In this document: positions 1 through 11,366 of the stretch, piece after piece | Numbering within the stretch: position 1 is the stretch's first letter | Layout of the letters: each line of letters starts with the position of its first letter | DNA from: Bryobacteraceae bacterium | GTDB lineage: Bacteria; Acidobacteriota; Terriglobia; Bryobacterales; Bryobacteraceae | Direction: 5' to 3' | NCBI GenBank assembly: GCA_026002855.1 | Contig: BPGD01000001.1 | Location: 1,079,972-1,143,971 of the forward strand | DNA length: 64,000 nucleotides | Program-made: the position numbers and the translations under genes | The notes under the pieces: generated by a model | Databases searched by the model: none | What the model was told of the DNA's origin: nothing | Seen by the model: only the letters and a program-made list of their open reading frames with translations

Positions 1-2
1 AC

Positions 3-377
3 GGGGTCCCGTGCATGCTGCCCCGGCCGAACGAGGCCAACGCCGCCGACCTGAAGGGCTATCCCATCACGCCCGAGATGCTGCGCGAGAAGGAGCAGGC
101 CGGCTTCCGCATGCTGGACCGGCTTGTCACCGGCGTGCCCGGCCGCACGCCCGCCGAGCGGCGCGAGAGTTATCTGAAGCTGCTCGAATCGCTCAAACCG
201 GGCGTCACGAAGCTCATCATCCACCTGGCCAAGGATGATCCCGAGATCCGCGCCGTCACCAGCAACTGGGAACAGCGCTGGGCCGACTTCCTCTTCTGGA
301 CGGGCGACGACGCCCGGCGCGCCCTCGAAAGGCACGGCATCGAGCTTTACACGTACCGCCGCCTTGCCGGATCATGA
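3..377 (+). CDS. Carbohydrate deacetylase-like protein (YdjC/ChbG-like), C-terminal fragment; 5' end lies outside the window
   Basis: The frame is open from nt 3, with no stop before the ATG at 15. The C-terminal sequence IIHLAKDDPEIRAVTSNWEQRWADFLFW...GIELYTYRRL resembles the end of YdjC/ChbG-type deacetylases; this is from recall only. The stop overlaps the next start (ATGA). Confidence 0.4.
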   Translation, partial: GVPCMLPRPNEANAADLKGYPITPEMLREKEQAGFRMLDRLVTGVPGRTPAERRESYLKLLESLKPGVTKLIIHLAKDDPEIRAVTSNWEQRWADFLFWTGDDARRALERHGIELYTYRRLAGS

Positions 378-1417
378 GGAGCATGAGACGGCGCGATTTT
401 CTCACCGTCCTGCCCGCGGCAGCAGCCGCGCCGGCGGCGGGCGCGGCGCCGAAGCTGGGCGTGGACCTGTTCAGCCTGCGCTCGCAGCCGTGGACGGCCT
501 TCCAGCACCTGGACTACTGCGCGAAATTCGGCGTGCGCACGGTGCATTTCTCGGAGATCCGCTTTCTCGGATCGCTCGACGACGGGCACGTGCGCGAGGT
601 GGGCGAACACGCGCGCCGGCTGGGCATCGAGCTGGAAATCGGCATGCGCTCCATCTGCCCCACCTCCACGGCCTTTGACCGCAATGCCGGCACGGCCGAG
701 GAGCAATTGCTGCGCGTGATGCGCGCCGCCCGCATCGCCGGCTCGCGCCTGGTGCGCTGCTTTCTGGGCACGTTCAACGACCGGCGCACGCCAGGCGGCA
801 TCGAAGCGCGCATCCGCGACACCGTTCCGGTGCTCCGCAACGTGCGCTCGCAGGCGCTGGACATGGGTCTGAAGATCGCCGTCGAAAACCATGCCGGCGA
901 CATGCAGTCGCGCGAGCTGCGCACGCTGATCGAGACCGCCGGGCCGGACTTTGTCGGCGCCTGTTACGACTCCGGCAACCCGTGCTGGGCGCTCGAGGAC
1001 CCGCATGCCGCGCTCGAAACGCTGGCCCCGTATGTGCTGACGTCTCACATCCGCGATTCCTATCTCTGGAACGACTCCGAGGGCACGCAGGTCAACTGGA
1101 CGCGCATGGGCGAAGGCAACGTGGACATCGGACGGCTGCTGAAGCGCTTCCTCGAGCTCTGCCCCGGCAGGGCCATGTCGCTGGAGGTGATCGTGATGGG
1201 GCCGCGCCCGTATCCCTGGCGCAGGCCCGAATTCTGGCAGGGCTATGAGAGCGTGCGCGCCGCCGACTTCGCCCGTTTCCTCGATATCGCCGCCCGCGGC
1301 ACGCCGCAGCCGCCGCGCCCCGCGCCGCCGAAAGACCGCGCCGCGCAGGTCGAGCGCGAGGATTTCGAGGCCTCCATGCTCTGGACGCGCAACTTCCTGG
1401 GCCTGGAACGGATCTAA
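374..1417 (+). CDS. Tat-signal xylose-isomerase-like TIM-barrel protein (sugar phosphate isomerase/epimerase family)
   Basis: 347-aa ORF. N-terminal twin-arginine motif RRRDFL followed by an Ala-rich h-region. VENHAGD and GEGNVD motifs are typical of the AP-endonuclease-2/xylose isomerase-like fold. Confidence 0.8.
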   Translation: MRSMRRRDFLTVLPAAAAAPAAGAAPKLGVDLFSLRSQPWTAFQHLDYCAKFGVRTVHFSEIRFLGSLDDGHVREVGEHARRLGIELEIGMRSICPTSTAFDRNAGTAEEQLLRVMRAARIAGSRLVRCFLGTFNDRRTPGGIEARIRDTVPVLRNVRSQALDMGLKIAVENHAGDMQSRELRTLIETAGPDFVGACYDSGNPCWALEDPHAALETLAPYVLTSHIRDSYLWNDSEGTQVNWTRMGEGNVDIGRLLKRFLELCPGRAMSLEVIVMGPRPYPWRRPEFWQGYESVRAADFARFLDIAARGTPQPPRPAPPKDRAAQVEREDFEASMLWTRNFLGLERI

Positions 1418-1423
1418 CCTCCC

Positions 1424-2332
1424 GTGCGGTTGCTTTTCGTGGCGATGGGTCTGCTTTCTTTCACGCTTTTTCCGCGCGCCGGGGCGCAGTCGCTCGTGCG
1501 CGACGTGCGCGCCGCGGCCATGCAGCAGCGTTTCGATGCGGCGCGCCAGGCGCTCGAGCAGGCGCGCCGGCAGGGCGTGCCGCAGCCCGTGTGGCTGGAA
1601 GCCGCCAGTTGGCTGGCCCGCGGATATCTGAACGCGAAGCGGTACGACGAGGCCGAGCGCGAGGCGGCCGCGGTTCGCGAGCAGGCGCTCGAGCTGCTCA
1701 AGTCCCGGAAGCTCGACGAGGACCGCTCCCTGCCGATTGCGCTCGGCGCGGCGCTCGAGGTGCAGGCGCAGGTGCTCGATGCGCGCGGGCAGAAATCGGA
1801 GGCAGTGGCGTTTCTCGAAGAGGAGATCCGGCGCTGGCAGGGCACGAGCATCCTCACGCGCCTGCGCAAGAACCTGAACCTGATTTCGCTCGTCGGCCGC
1901 CCGGCGCTGCCGCTCGCGGTGAGCGAATCCCTTGGGGGAAAGACGCCCGAGCTGGGCTCCCTGCGGGGACGGAATGTGCTGCTGTTTTTCTGGGCGCACT
2001 GGTGCGGCGACTGCAAGGCGATGGCGCCGGTGCTGGAACGCATCGCCCGCGAGCATCCTCAGCTCGCGATCATCGCGCCCACCCAGCGCTACGGTTACGT
2101 GGCGGGCGGCGAGGAGGCCTCGCGGGAGGAAGAGTTGCGCTACATCGAGCAGGTGTGGCGCGAGCACTACGCCCGAGTGCCGGGGATGACGGCGCCCGTG
2201 AGCGAGGAGAGCTTCGTTGTGTGGGGCTGCTCCACCACGCCGACCCTGGCCCTCATCGATACTCGAGGCGTCGTGCGGATGTATCATCCGGGCAGCATGA
2301 GCTACGAGGAGCTGGCTGCCGCTCTGCGCTGA
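1424..2332 (+). CDS. TlpA-like thiol:disulfide oxidoreductase with an N-terminal helical (TPR-like) domain
   Basis: GTG start, hydrophobic signal peptide and a thioredoxin-fold motif FFWAHWCGDCK in the C-terminal half. Confidence 0.75.
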   Translation: MRLLFVAMGLLSFTLFPRAGAQSLVRDVRAAAMQQRFDAARQALEQARRQGVPQPVWLEAASWLARGYLNAKRYDEAEREAAAVREQALELLKSRKLDEDRSLPIALGAALEVQAQVLDARGQKSEAVAFLEEEIRRWQGTSILTRLRKNLNLISLVGRPALPLAVSESLGGKTPELGSLRGRNVLLFFWAHWCGDCKAMAPVLERIAREHPQLAIIAPTQRYGYVAGGEEASREEELRYIEQVWREHYARVPGMTAPVSEESFVVWGCSTTPTLALIDTRGVVRMYHPGSMSYEELAAALR

Positions 2333-2386
2333 GCCGGCCAGCAGGGGCAGGCCGGGCCAACAGCGCCTCTGCCAGGTGCAGACTTC

Positions 2387-3160
2387 TCATCCCCCATCGC
2401 GGGCCTGCGGCTCCTGGCGGGTGCCCGTCTCGTTCAGCACAACGATGTCCACGCGGCGGTTGCGGGCCCGGCCGGCTTCGGTCTCGTTGGGAGCGATGGG
2501 CGCGGTGTCGGCGTAGCCGGCAATGGCCATGCGCTCACGGGGGATGCCGAAGCGCGTGGCGAACAGTTCCAGCATGGCGATGCCGCGGGCGGCTGAGAGC
2601 TCCCAGTTGCTGCGGAAGCGCGAGTTGTGGATCGGGGTCGAGTCCGTGTGGCCCTCCAGACGAATCGGATTGGGCACTTTCTTCAGCTCCAGTGCGATGT
2701 TTTCAATCACCGGCAGCGCCTGGGGCTGAATCGCATCGCCGCCGGGCGGAAAGAAGGTGGCTTCCTTGAGGCTGATGACGAGGCCGCGCCGCTCCATGCG
2801 CACTTCGACGCGCCCGTTGTCGATTTCCGTCTTCAGTTTCTCTTTCAGCTCCTTGAGCGACGGCAGCAGCTCCACCGTGCCGTCGGGCTCGGGCGGCGGC
2901 AGCGGCGGCAACTGGATGGGCGCCTGCGCGCGGGGCTTGGGGGGCGGGGCGTTCTTGAGCAGACGAGACAGGACATGGGTCAGCCGGCCCTCCTCCATCG
3001 CCTCGCGGAAGGCCTGCGAAATGCGCGCCGCCTGTTCGCGGTCCATCTGCGAGTGCGAATAGAGCATGACGAAGAAGGCGAACAGCAGCGTAATGAAGTC
3101 GGCGTAGGAGACAAGCCAGCGTTCGTGGTTGCTGTGCTCCTGCTTTGGGGGGCGTGGCAT
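2387..3160 (-). CDS. motB: Flagellar motor stator protein MotB (OmpA-like peptidoglycan-binding C-terminus)
   Basis: N-terminal HERWLVSYADFITLLFAFF plug/TM motif. OmpA-family C-terminus (GHTD...NRRVDIVVL). Lies directly downstream of motA. Confidence 0.87.
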   Translation of the reverse strand: MPRPPKQEHSNHERWLVSYADFITLLFAFFVMLYSHSQMDREQAARISQAFREAMEEGRLTHVLSRLLKNAPPPKPRAQAPIQLPPLPPPEPDGTVELLPSLKELKEKLKTEIDNGRVEVRMERRGLVISLKEATFFPPGGDAIQPQALPVIENIALELKKVPNPIRLEGHTDSTPIHNSRFRSNWELSAARGIAMLELFATRFGIPRERMAIAGYADTAPIAPNETEAGRARNRRVDIVVLNETGTRQEPQARDGG

Positions 3161-3170
3161 GGCGGCATCC

Positions 3171-3986
3171 TCAGGCGGCGCGGGCGGCCTCGGCGGCGCG
3201 CGGCTTTTCGCGGGCGGCCCGGTCGAGGTAGGCCTCCAGTTTGGCGCGGATCATCTTCGGGTTCATGCCCTCGACGATGCCGCAGACTCCTTCGAGGATC
3301 AGTTCCTGCCGCTGCCGCTGGCGCGCGGCGCGGGTCTTGATCTTGTGCGCCGCGGGCAGAAAGAGCAGGTTGGCCGAGCCGACGCCGTAAATGGTGGCGA
3401 CGAAGGCGGCGGCGATGCCCTTGCCCACCTTGTCCATGTCCTTCAGGTCGCCCATGACGATGATCAGGCCGAGCACGGCGCCGATGATGCCGATGGTGGG
3501 CGCAAACCCGCCGGCGCTTTCGAAGACTTTCGCTTCCGCCTCGGCCCGGTGCTCGGCAGCGTCCATTTCCAGCTCCATGGTGGAGCGGATCTCCTGGAGG
3601 TCCATCCCATCGACGGCCAGCAGCATGCTTTTGCGCAGGAACGGATCTTCGATGGCGAGCACGTCCTGTTCCAGCGATACGATCCCCTGCCGGCGCGCGG
3701 CCTGCGAGAAGCTGACCAGTTGCTCGACCAGCGGGCCGCGGTCGTCGGCGGGCTCGAACAGCAGGTCTTTCACCCGGCGCGCCGCCGCCCGCACGAGCGC
3801 CATCGGGTTGGCCACCAGCGTCGCCCCGAGACAGCCGCCGAAAACGATGAGCGCGGCCGATTCGCCCAGAACATCGCCCGGCTTGCCCCCTTCGAGCAGA
3901 TAACCGCCGAGGACGCCCGCCACCGCCACGGCGAGCCCGGCCACGGTTCCGAAATCCAGCCGTCCGCGCTTGTCCTTCGCCGCCAT
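3171..3986 (-). CDS. motA: Flagellar motor stator protein MotA
   Basis: 271 aa. MotA/TolQ/ExbB channel signature (APTIGIIGAVLGLI...AFVATIYGVGSANLLFLP). Adjacent to motB. Confidence 0.9.
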   Translation of the reverse strand: MAAKDKRGRLDFGTVAGLAVAVAGVLGGYLLEGGKPGDVLGESAALIVFGGCLGATLVANPMALVRAAARRVKDLLFEPADDRGPLVEQLVSFSQAARRQGIVSLEQDVLAIEDPFLRKSMLLAVDGMDLQEIRSTMELEMDAAEHRAEAEAKVFESAGGFAPTIGIIGAVLGLIIVMGDLKDMDKVGKGIAAAFVATIYGVGSANLLFLPAAHKIKTRAARQRQRQELILEGVCGIVEGMNPKMIRAKLEAYLDRAAREKPRAAEAARAA

Positions 3987-4001
3987 GCCGGCTCCCCGCG
4001 C

Positions 4002-4223
4002 CTACCCTTCAGGCTCCGCGGCGTCTGCCATCCCTGGCCCTCCCCCAGTGACCCTCCGCTTGTACACGATCACTCTCTCGACCACCTCCTCGGCCCGCTC
4101 CCGCACGCGCACCTTTTCGCCATTCGTCAGGGTCAGCACCGTGTCGGGCGTCTGATCGACAAACTCGATCAGGTCCGCGTTGACATAGAACGGCGTTTCG
4201 TTGATGCGGGTCAGGCGGATCAT
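4002..4223 (-). CDS. flbD: Flagellar protein FlbD
   Basis: 73 aa. MIRLTRINETPFYVNADLIEFVDQTPDTVLTLTNGEKVRVRE matches the FlbD family pattern. Lies immediately upstream of motA. Confidence 0.8.
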   Translation of the reverse strand: MIRLTRINETPFYVNADLIEFVDQTPDTVLTLTNGEKVRVRERAEEVVERVIVYKRRVTGGGPGMADAAEPEG

Positions 4224-4285
4224 GCGCGCCTCGCTATGGCCTTATCGACACGAACGGCGGGATCTTGAGCCGGAGCGGGGGAAGT

Positions 4286-4792
4286 TCAGGACAGCAGCTC
4301 GAGGATCTCGCGCAGCTCCCTGCGCACGCGCTCAAGGATTGCCGCGGCGCGCTCAGGGTCCGGCGCGAACAGGTGCCGCTGGAGCAGCTCCACCGGGGGC
4401 GGCGCCGCCTTGGCGGCGGCGGGCGGCGCCGAGGCGGCCTGGCGGGCCTCGCGCTCCTGCCGGCGCTGCTGGCGCATTTCGGCCAGGGCCGTGCGCGCAC
4501 CTTCAATCGTGTAGCGCTTCTCCCACAGCAGGTGCTTGATGGCCAGCACCGTCTCGATGTCCTTGCGCCGGTACAGCCGCTGGTTCGTGCCGGACTTCTT
4601 CGGACTCAACTGCGGAAACTCGGTCTCCCAGAAGCGCAGCACCGAGGGCTTGACGCCGGTGAGGCGGCTCACCTCGCCGATGCGGAAATACAGCTTGTCC
4701 GGGATCTCGACGGGCTGCGGATGCGCTGCGGCGGTCGCCATGGCCGAATGCGTGCCTACCGTCATCCTAAATCCAGCCGCGCCCGGCGTCAA
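4286..4792 (-). CDS. MerR-family transcriptional regulator
   Basis: HTH segment YFRIGEVSRLTGVKPSVLRFWETEF...RLYRRKDIETV. The start codon is uncertain, with in-frame ATGs at 4792, 4765 and 4741. Confidence 0.75.
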   Translation of the reverse strand: MTPGAAGFRMTVGTHSAMATAAAHPQPVEIPDKLYFRIGEVSRLTGVKPSVLRFWETEFPQLSPKKSGTNQRLYRRKDIETVLAIKHLLWEKRYTIEGARTALAEMRQQRRQEREARQAASAPPAAAKAAPPPVELLQRHLFAPDPERAAAILERVRRELREILELLS

Positions 4793-4850
4793 CAGAAATG
4801 ATGGGAAATGTTTTATTCCCGCCCCGCCCGCCGGGCGTTACCATGGAGGC

Positions 4851-5585
4851 ATGGCCGTGCTGGCCGGCATTCATCCCGTGCGCGAGGCGCTCCGCGCCGG
4901 CCGTCCGCTGGAGCGCGTCTCCATCGCCCGCGGCGCCGCCGGAGCGCGCCTTCAGGAAATCATCGAACTCTGCCGCCAGGCCGCCGTTCCGGTGCGGTTC
5001 GAACCGCGCGAGGCGCTCGACCGGCTGGCGCGCAATGTGCCGCACCAGGGCGTGGTCGCCGTCACCGCCGCCGCGCCGGCGGCCCGCCTGGAAGACGTCC
5101 TCCCGCTGGCCGGACTGATCGTGGTGCTGGACGGCGTCGAGGATCCGCACAATCTCGGCGCCATCCTCCGCACCGCGTACGCGGCCGGGGCCACCGCCGT
5201 GGTCGCGCCCGAGCGCCGCGCCGCCGGGCTCACGGAAACGGTGGCCAAAGCGGCCGCCGGCGCGCTCGGGCTGATCCCGTTCGTGCGCGTGTCCAACATC
5301 AATCGCGCGCTCGAACGGATGAAGCAGGCCGGTTTCTGGATCTACGGCGTCGACGAACGGGGCAGCCAGGCCTACTACGAGACCGACTACACCGATCCGG
5401 CGGCGCTTGTCTTCGGCGGCGAAGGCAGGGGGTTGCACGAGCTCACGCGCAAGAGGTGCGATTTCCTGCTCCGCATTCCGATGTCGGGTCAGATCGCCAG
5501 CCTCAACGTCAGCGTCGCCGCCGGAATCGTGTTGTTCGACTGGCGCCGGCGCACGAAGCGGCCCGCGCCGCCTCCGCCCCCATAG
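4851..5585 (+). CDS. rlmB: 23S rRNA (guanosine-2'-O)-methyltransferase, SpoU/TrmH family (RlmB-like)
   Basis: Start trimmed to the ATG at 4851 (MAVLAGIHPVREAL). SpoU motifs are present: LDGVEDPHNLGAILRTA, ALVFGGEGRGL and IPMSGQIASLNVSVAAGI. The upstream part of ORF 4536.. overlaps the merR-like gene and looks non-coding. Confidence 0.85.
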   Translation: MAVLAGIHPVREALRAGRPLERVSIARGAAGARLQEIIELCRQAAVPVRFEPREALDRLARNVPHQGVVAVTAAAPAARLEDVLPLAGLIVVLDGVEDPHNLGAILRTAYAAGATAVVAPERRAAGLTETVAKAAAGALGLIPFVRVSNINRALERMKQAGFWIYGVDERGSQAYYETDYTDPAALVFGGEGRGLHELTRKRCDFLLRIPMSGQIASLNVSVAAGIVLFDWRRRTKRPAPPPPP

Positions 5586-5594
5586 ACCGGGTGA

Positions 5595-7020
5595 TCAGAG
5601 CCGCAGCCGCCCGCCAGCCAGCTCCTCCACCGGAATGATGCCCGTCGGGTAACGGCCCGTGTAGCAGGCGTAGCAGTAGCCTGAGCCATCATCGTCGACG
5701 GACTTCATCAGGTTTTCGAGCGACAGGTAGGCGAGCGTGTCGGCGCCGATGAACTGGCGGATCTCCTCAATGGACTGGTTTGCCGCAATCAGCTCGCGTT
5801 TGGTGGGCGTGTCCACGCCGTAATAGCAGGGCGACATCGTCGGCGGGCAACTGATGCGCAGATGCACCTCGCGCGCGCCCGCGTTGCGCACCATGCGCAC
5901 GATCTTCTGCGACGTGGTGCCGCGCACGATGGAATCATCGACGAGAATCACCCGCCGGCCGCGCAGGATCTCGCGCACCGGGTTCAATTTCAGGCGCACT
6001 CCGAAGTCGCGGATGGCCTGCGAGGGCTCGATGAAAGTGCGGCCCACATAGTGATTGCGGATCAGCCCGTGGCGGAAGGGAATGCCGGACTGGGCCGAAT
6101 AGCCGATAGCGGCAGCGACGCCCGAGTCCGGGATCGGCACCACCACATCGGCCTCCACCGGCTTCTCGGTGGCCAGCAGCCGACCCATCATTTCGCGCGA
6201 ATACTGCACGCTGCGGCCGAAGACGATCGAGTCCGGCCGCGAGAAATAGACGTGCTCGAAGACGCACTGCGAGCGCTTCTTGGGCACGGTGAAGAACTCG
6301 CGCTCGAGTCCTTCGGGACCGGCGACGACCATCTCGCCCGGCTCGACGTCGCCGATGTGGGAGGCGTCGATCAGGTCGAAGGCGCAGGTCTCGCTGGCGA
6401 AGACGTAGGCCGGCCCGGTGCGCAGGTTCATCCGCCCGATGGCCAGCGGGCGGAAGCCGTAGGGGTCGCGCGCAACGATGATGCGGTCCTGGGCGAGGAA
6501 GACGAGCGAGAAGGCGCCCTCGATCATCAGCAGCGCCTCGCGCAGCGCGCCGGAGATGGTGCGCTCGGCGCTGCGCGCCACCAGGTGCAGGATGACCTCG
6601 GTGTCGCTGGTCGCCTGGAAGATGGATCCGCTCAGTTCGAGCTGGCGGCGGAGTTCGGCGGCATTGGTCAGGTTGCCGTTGTGGGCGACGGCGATGCGCC
6701 CCTTGGCGCAGGTGACCGAGAACGGCTGCGCGTTGAGCAGCGCCGTCTCGCCGGCGGTCGAATAGCGCGTGTGGCCGATGGCGAGATGGCCGGGCAGCCG
6801 GCGGAGCACGTCGGCGGTGAAAATGTCGGCCACATGGCCCATGTCCTTGTGGCAGTAGACCATCGTTCCGTCGCTAGTGGCGATGCCGGCGCTCTCCTGC
6901 CCGCGGTGCTGAAGGGCGTGCAGCCCGAGGTGGGCCAGGCTGGCTGCCTCGGGATGCCCGTAGACGGCGAAGATGCCGCACTCTTCGTGCAGCTTGTCGA
7001 GCTCAGGAGGACGGAGCCCG

Positions 7021-7028
<8 letters not shown>
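5595..7028 (-). CDS. purF: Amidophosphoribosyltransferase PurF
   Basis: Ntn-type CGIFAVYG motif, PRTase motif [13 protein letters not shown] and the C-terminal Cys ligands. An alternative start lies at 7046. An N-terminal propeptide precedes the catalytic Cys. Confidence 0.93.
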
Positions 7029-9267
<2,239 letters not shown>

Positions 9268-9271
9268 GGGT

Positions 9272-9946
9272 TTACCGCGTGCGCCCGGCGAAGCAGCGCG
9301 CCAGCGATTCGAACACGCGCAGGCCGTCGGCCGAGCCGAGCAGCGTTTCCACCGCCCGCTCCGGGTGCGGCATCATGCCGAGCACGTTGCGCCCGCGGTT
9401 CAGGATGCCCGCGATGTCGCGCAGCGAGCCGTTCGGGTTCTCCAGGTAGCGGAAGGCGACGCGGTCCTCGGCCTCCAGCTCGTCCAGCGTGCGCTCGTCA
9501 GCAACGTAGCAGCCCTCGCCGTGGGCGATGGGGATCACCACCTCCTCGCCCTTCCGGTAAGCGCAGGTGAAGGGCGAATCCGCCGTCTCCACACGCAGCC
9601 GCACCGGCTTGCAGATGAACTTGAGCCCGCGGTTGCGCACCAGCGCGCCCGGCAGCAGGCCGCACTCGGTCAGGATCTGGAAGCCGTTGCAGATGCCCAG
9701 CACCAGGCCGCCCGCCTGCGCGTGGCGTTTCACCGCTTCCATGATCGGAGAGAACTTGGCGATGGCGCCGCAGCGCAGATAGTCGCCATAGCTGAAGCCG
9801 CCGGGCAGAATGACGCAGTCGGCGCCCTTCAGGTCGCGGTCGCCGTGCCAGAGGAATTCCGCTTCATGCCCCGCCACGCGGGAGGCTGCATGCCAGGCGT
9901 CGTGGTCGCAATTGCTGCCCGGAAAGACAACGACGCCGAACTTCAT
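9272..9946 (-). CDS. purQ: Phosphoribosylformylglycinamidine synthase glutaminase subunit PurQ
   Basis: [25 protein letters not shown] (catalytic Cys) and MPHPER motifs. Confidence 0.95.
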   Translation of the reverse strand: MKFGVVVFPGSNCDHDAWHAASRVAGHEAEFLWHGDRDLKGADCVILPGGFSYGDYLRCGAIAKFSPIMEAVKRHAQAGGLVLGICNGFQILTECGLLPGALVRNRGLKFICKPVRLRVETADSPFTCAYRKGEEVVIPIAHGEGCYVADERTLDELEAEDRVAFRYLENPNGSLRDIAGILNRGRNVLGMMPHPERAVETLLGSADGLRVFESLARCFAGRTR

Positions 9947-9989
9947 CGGAGGGAAAGTTCAGTGTAACAGACCCGGGCCGGCGGCGGCT

Positions 9990-10226
9990 TCACTCGGCCG
10001 CGGCCGGCGCCGCAGCCTTCTTCTTCGACGACCGCTTCTTTTCTGCCGGCGGCTGCCGGTCAATCTTGCGGATCATCGGCAATGCGATCTCGAGCACGAA
10101 CTTCTTTTCGCCGAGTTCGTCGAACTTGATCGTGATGTACTGCTCGGTGCACTCGACCACCTGTCCGGGACCGAAACGGGTGTGCTCGACCTGTGCGCCT
10201 TTTGCAAAGGGGGGTTTGGCAGCCAT
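9990..10226 (-). CDS. Small conserved protein, Tudor-like/DUF3553-like (UvrD/PcrA C-terminal-domain-like) with a Lys-rich tail
   Basis: Only the last 78 codons of ORF 9990..10832 are kept. KGAQVEHTRFGPGQVVECTEQYITIKFDELGEKKFVL fits the G-x-V-x-H-x-x-F-G-x-G pattern. The family assignment is from recall. Confidence 0.5.
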   Translation of the reverse strand: MAAKPPFAKGAQVEHTRFGPGQVVECTEQYITIKFDELGEKKFVLEIALPMIRKIDRQPPAEKKRSSKKKAAAPAAAE

Positions 10227-10309
10227 GGCAGGGATGGAAATTCCTCGACATTCGTAGCATAGCAAATCGCCTGCCACTTTGTCGAACGGCCCCGCCAAAC
10301 AGTAGATTT

Positions 10310-11278
10310 TCAGTGCCGCGGATGAAGCCCGCCCTGGCCCGCATTCTTTTCCACGGTATCGACGTGCGAAATTTCGATGAACGTTTTCAGCTTCTGGCCC
10401 AGCGCCGGATCGAGCTTTTCCAGCTGTGCGCCCACCTGCCGGGCCCGCGCTCCCTCGCCGGCCATGACGAGCGCGAACCCCAGGTAGTACCAGGCCGGCG
10501 CGAGCGTGGGATCTTCGCGAATGGCCTTTTCGTAGCATTCGATCCCGCGCCGCGTGCGCCCCGTCTTGCCCTCGACGAACCCCAGGTGAAGCCAGGCGCG
10601 CGCATGCGACGGCCGCAGCTCCACGGCGCGCGTGAAATAAAAGCGCGCACCGTCGAAGTCGTCCGCCCACAGGTGGCCGAGCGCGCGCTGGTATTCCTCT
10701 TCGCCGCGGCGGTCCTGCCGCGCGTTCCATTCCGCCAGGCCGAGCCGCATCGTGTCGTGCATCTGGTCGAGCCGCGCGATGGGGATGCCAAACTGCATGG
10801 GCGCGCCATCGACCGTTTTCACCGTCAGCCACCCGAGCAGGCGCCCGTGTTCATCGTAGAGCGCGCCGGGCCGGACTCCTTCGGGGGCATCGAACTCGAG
10901 CCGCGCGATCCAGCCGAACCCGCCGGACTCTTTCACATAGCGGACGCGCGCCTGTCGGCCGCAGCTCTGCACCGTGCTGCCGATTTCCGGCGCGCGCGGC
11001 GCTCCGCCCGGCGCCTGAAAACCCACAAACAGCTCGGCGACGCCCGCGTCGGGGTCGTCTCCGCTCACCCACAACACCGGATACATTCCGCCGCGGGTGT
11101 CAAGGTAGGTGGCGCTGGCCGCTCCCACGAGAGCCTCCCGGGCAACGAGCACATGGCCCGCGTGAACGGGCTCAGCCGCCCATGAGCCCCGCAGCGCGCC
11201 ACTGGCGTCCCAGGTGAGCAGCTCGCCGCCCTGGAGCGCTGAGGCGAGCGCCAGCAGTGCGCACAATCTTCGCGTCAT
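10310..11278 (-). CDS. Exported TPR-repeat protein
   Basis: Start trimmed to MTRRLCALLALASALQG (signal peptide). The C-terminal half has TPR-like repeats (YQRALGHLWADDFDGARFYFTRAVELRP; AWLHLGFV...CYEKAIREDP; AWYYLGFAL). Confidence 0.65.
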   Translation of the reverse strand: MTRRLCALLALASALQGGELLTWDASGALRGSWAAEPVHAGHVLVAREALVGAASATYLDTRGGMYPVLWVSGDDPDAGVAELFVGFQAPGGAPRAPEIGSTVQSCGRQARVRYVKESGGFGWIARLEFDAPEGVRPGALYDEHGRLLGWLTVKTVDGAPMQFGIPIARLDQMHDTMRLGLAEWNARQDRRGEEEYQRALGHLWADDFDGARFYFTRAVELRPSHARAWLHLGFVEGKTGRTRRGIECYEKAIREDPTLAPAWYYLGFALVMAGEGARARQVGAQLEKLDPALGQKLKTFIEISHVDTVEKNAGQGGLHPRH

Positions 11279-11366
11279 GCCATTCCCCGGGACGCGCCCG
11301 CCGCGTCGCGCGTTGCACCCCATTGTACGATGGTAGTTTCAGCCTGAAAGCGCGGATTTTCCCGAA

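Noticed and set aside
347-2287. 646-aa minus-strand ORF spanning two plus-strand genes
   Set aside because: It is extremely Arg/Ala/Gly/His-rich with no recognisable motifs. It is antisense to a Tat TIM-barrel gene and a thioredoxin-fold gene, both with clear signatures. This is a typical high-GC antisense artefact.
10227-10832. N-terminal 200 codons of ORF 9990..10832
   Set aside because: This part overlaps the TPR gene in another frame and is Arg/Ala/Gly/Pro-rich. Only the last 78 codons, from the ATG at 10226, look like a real protein.
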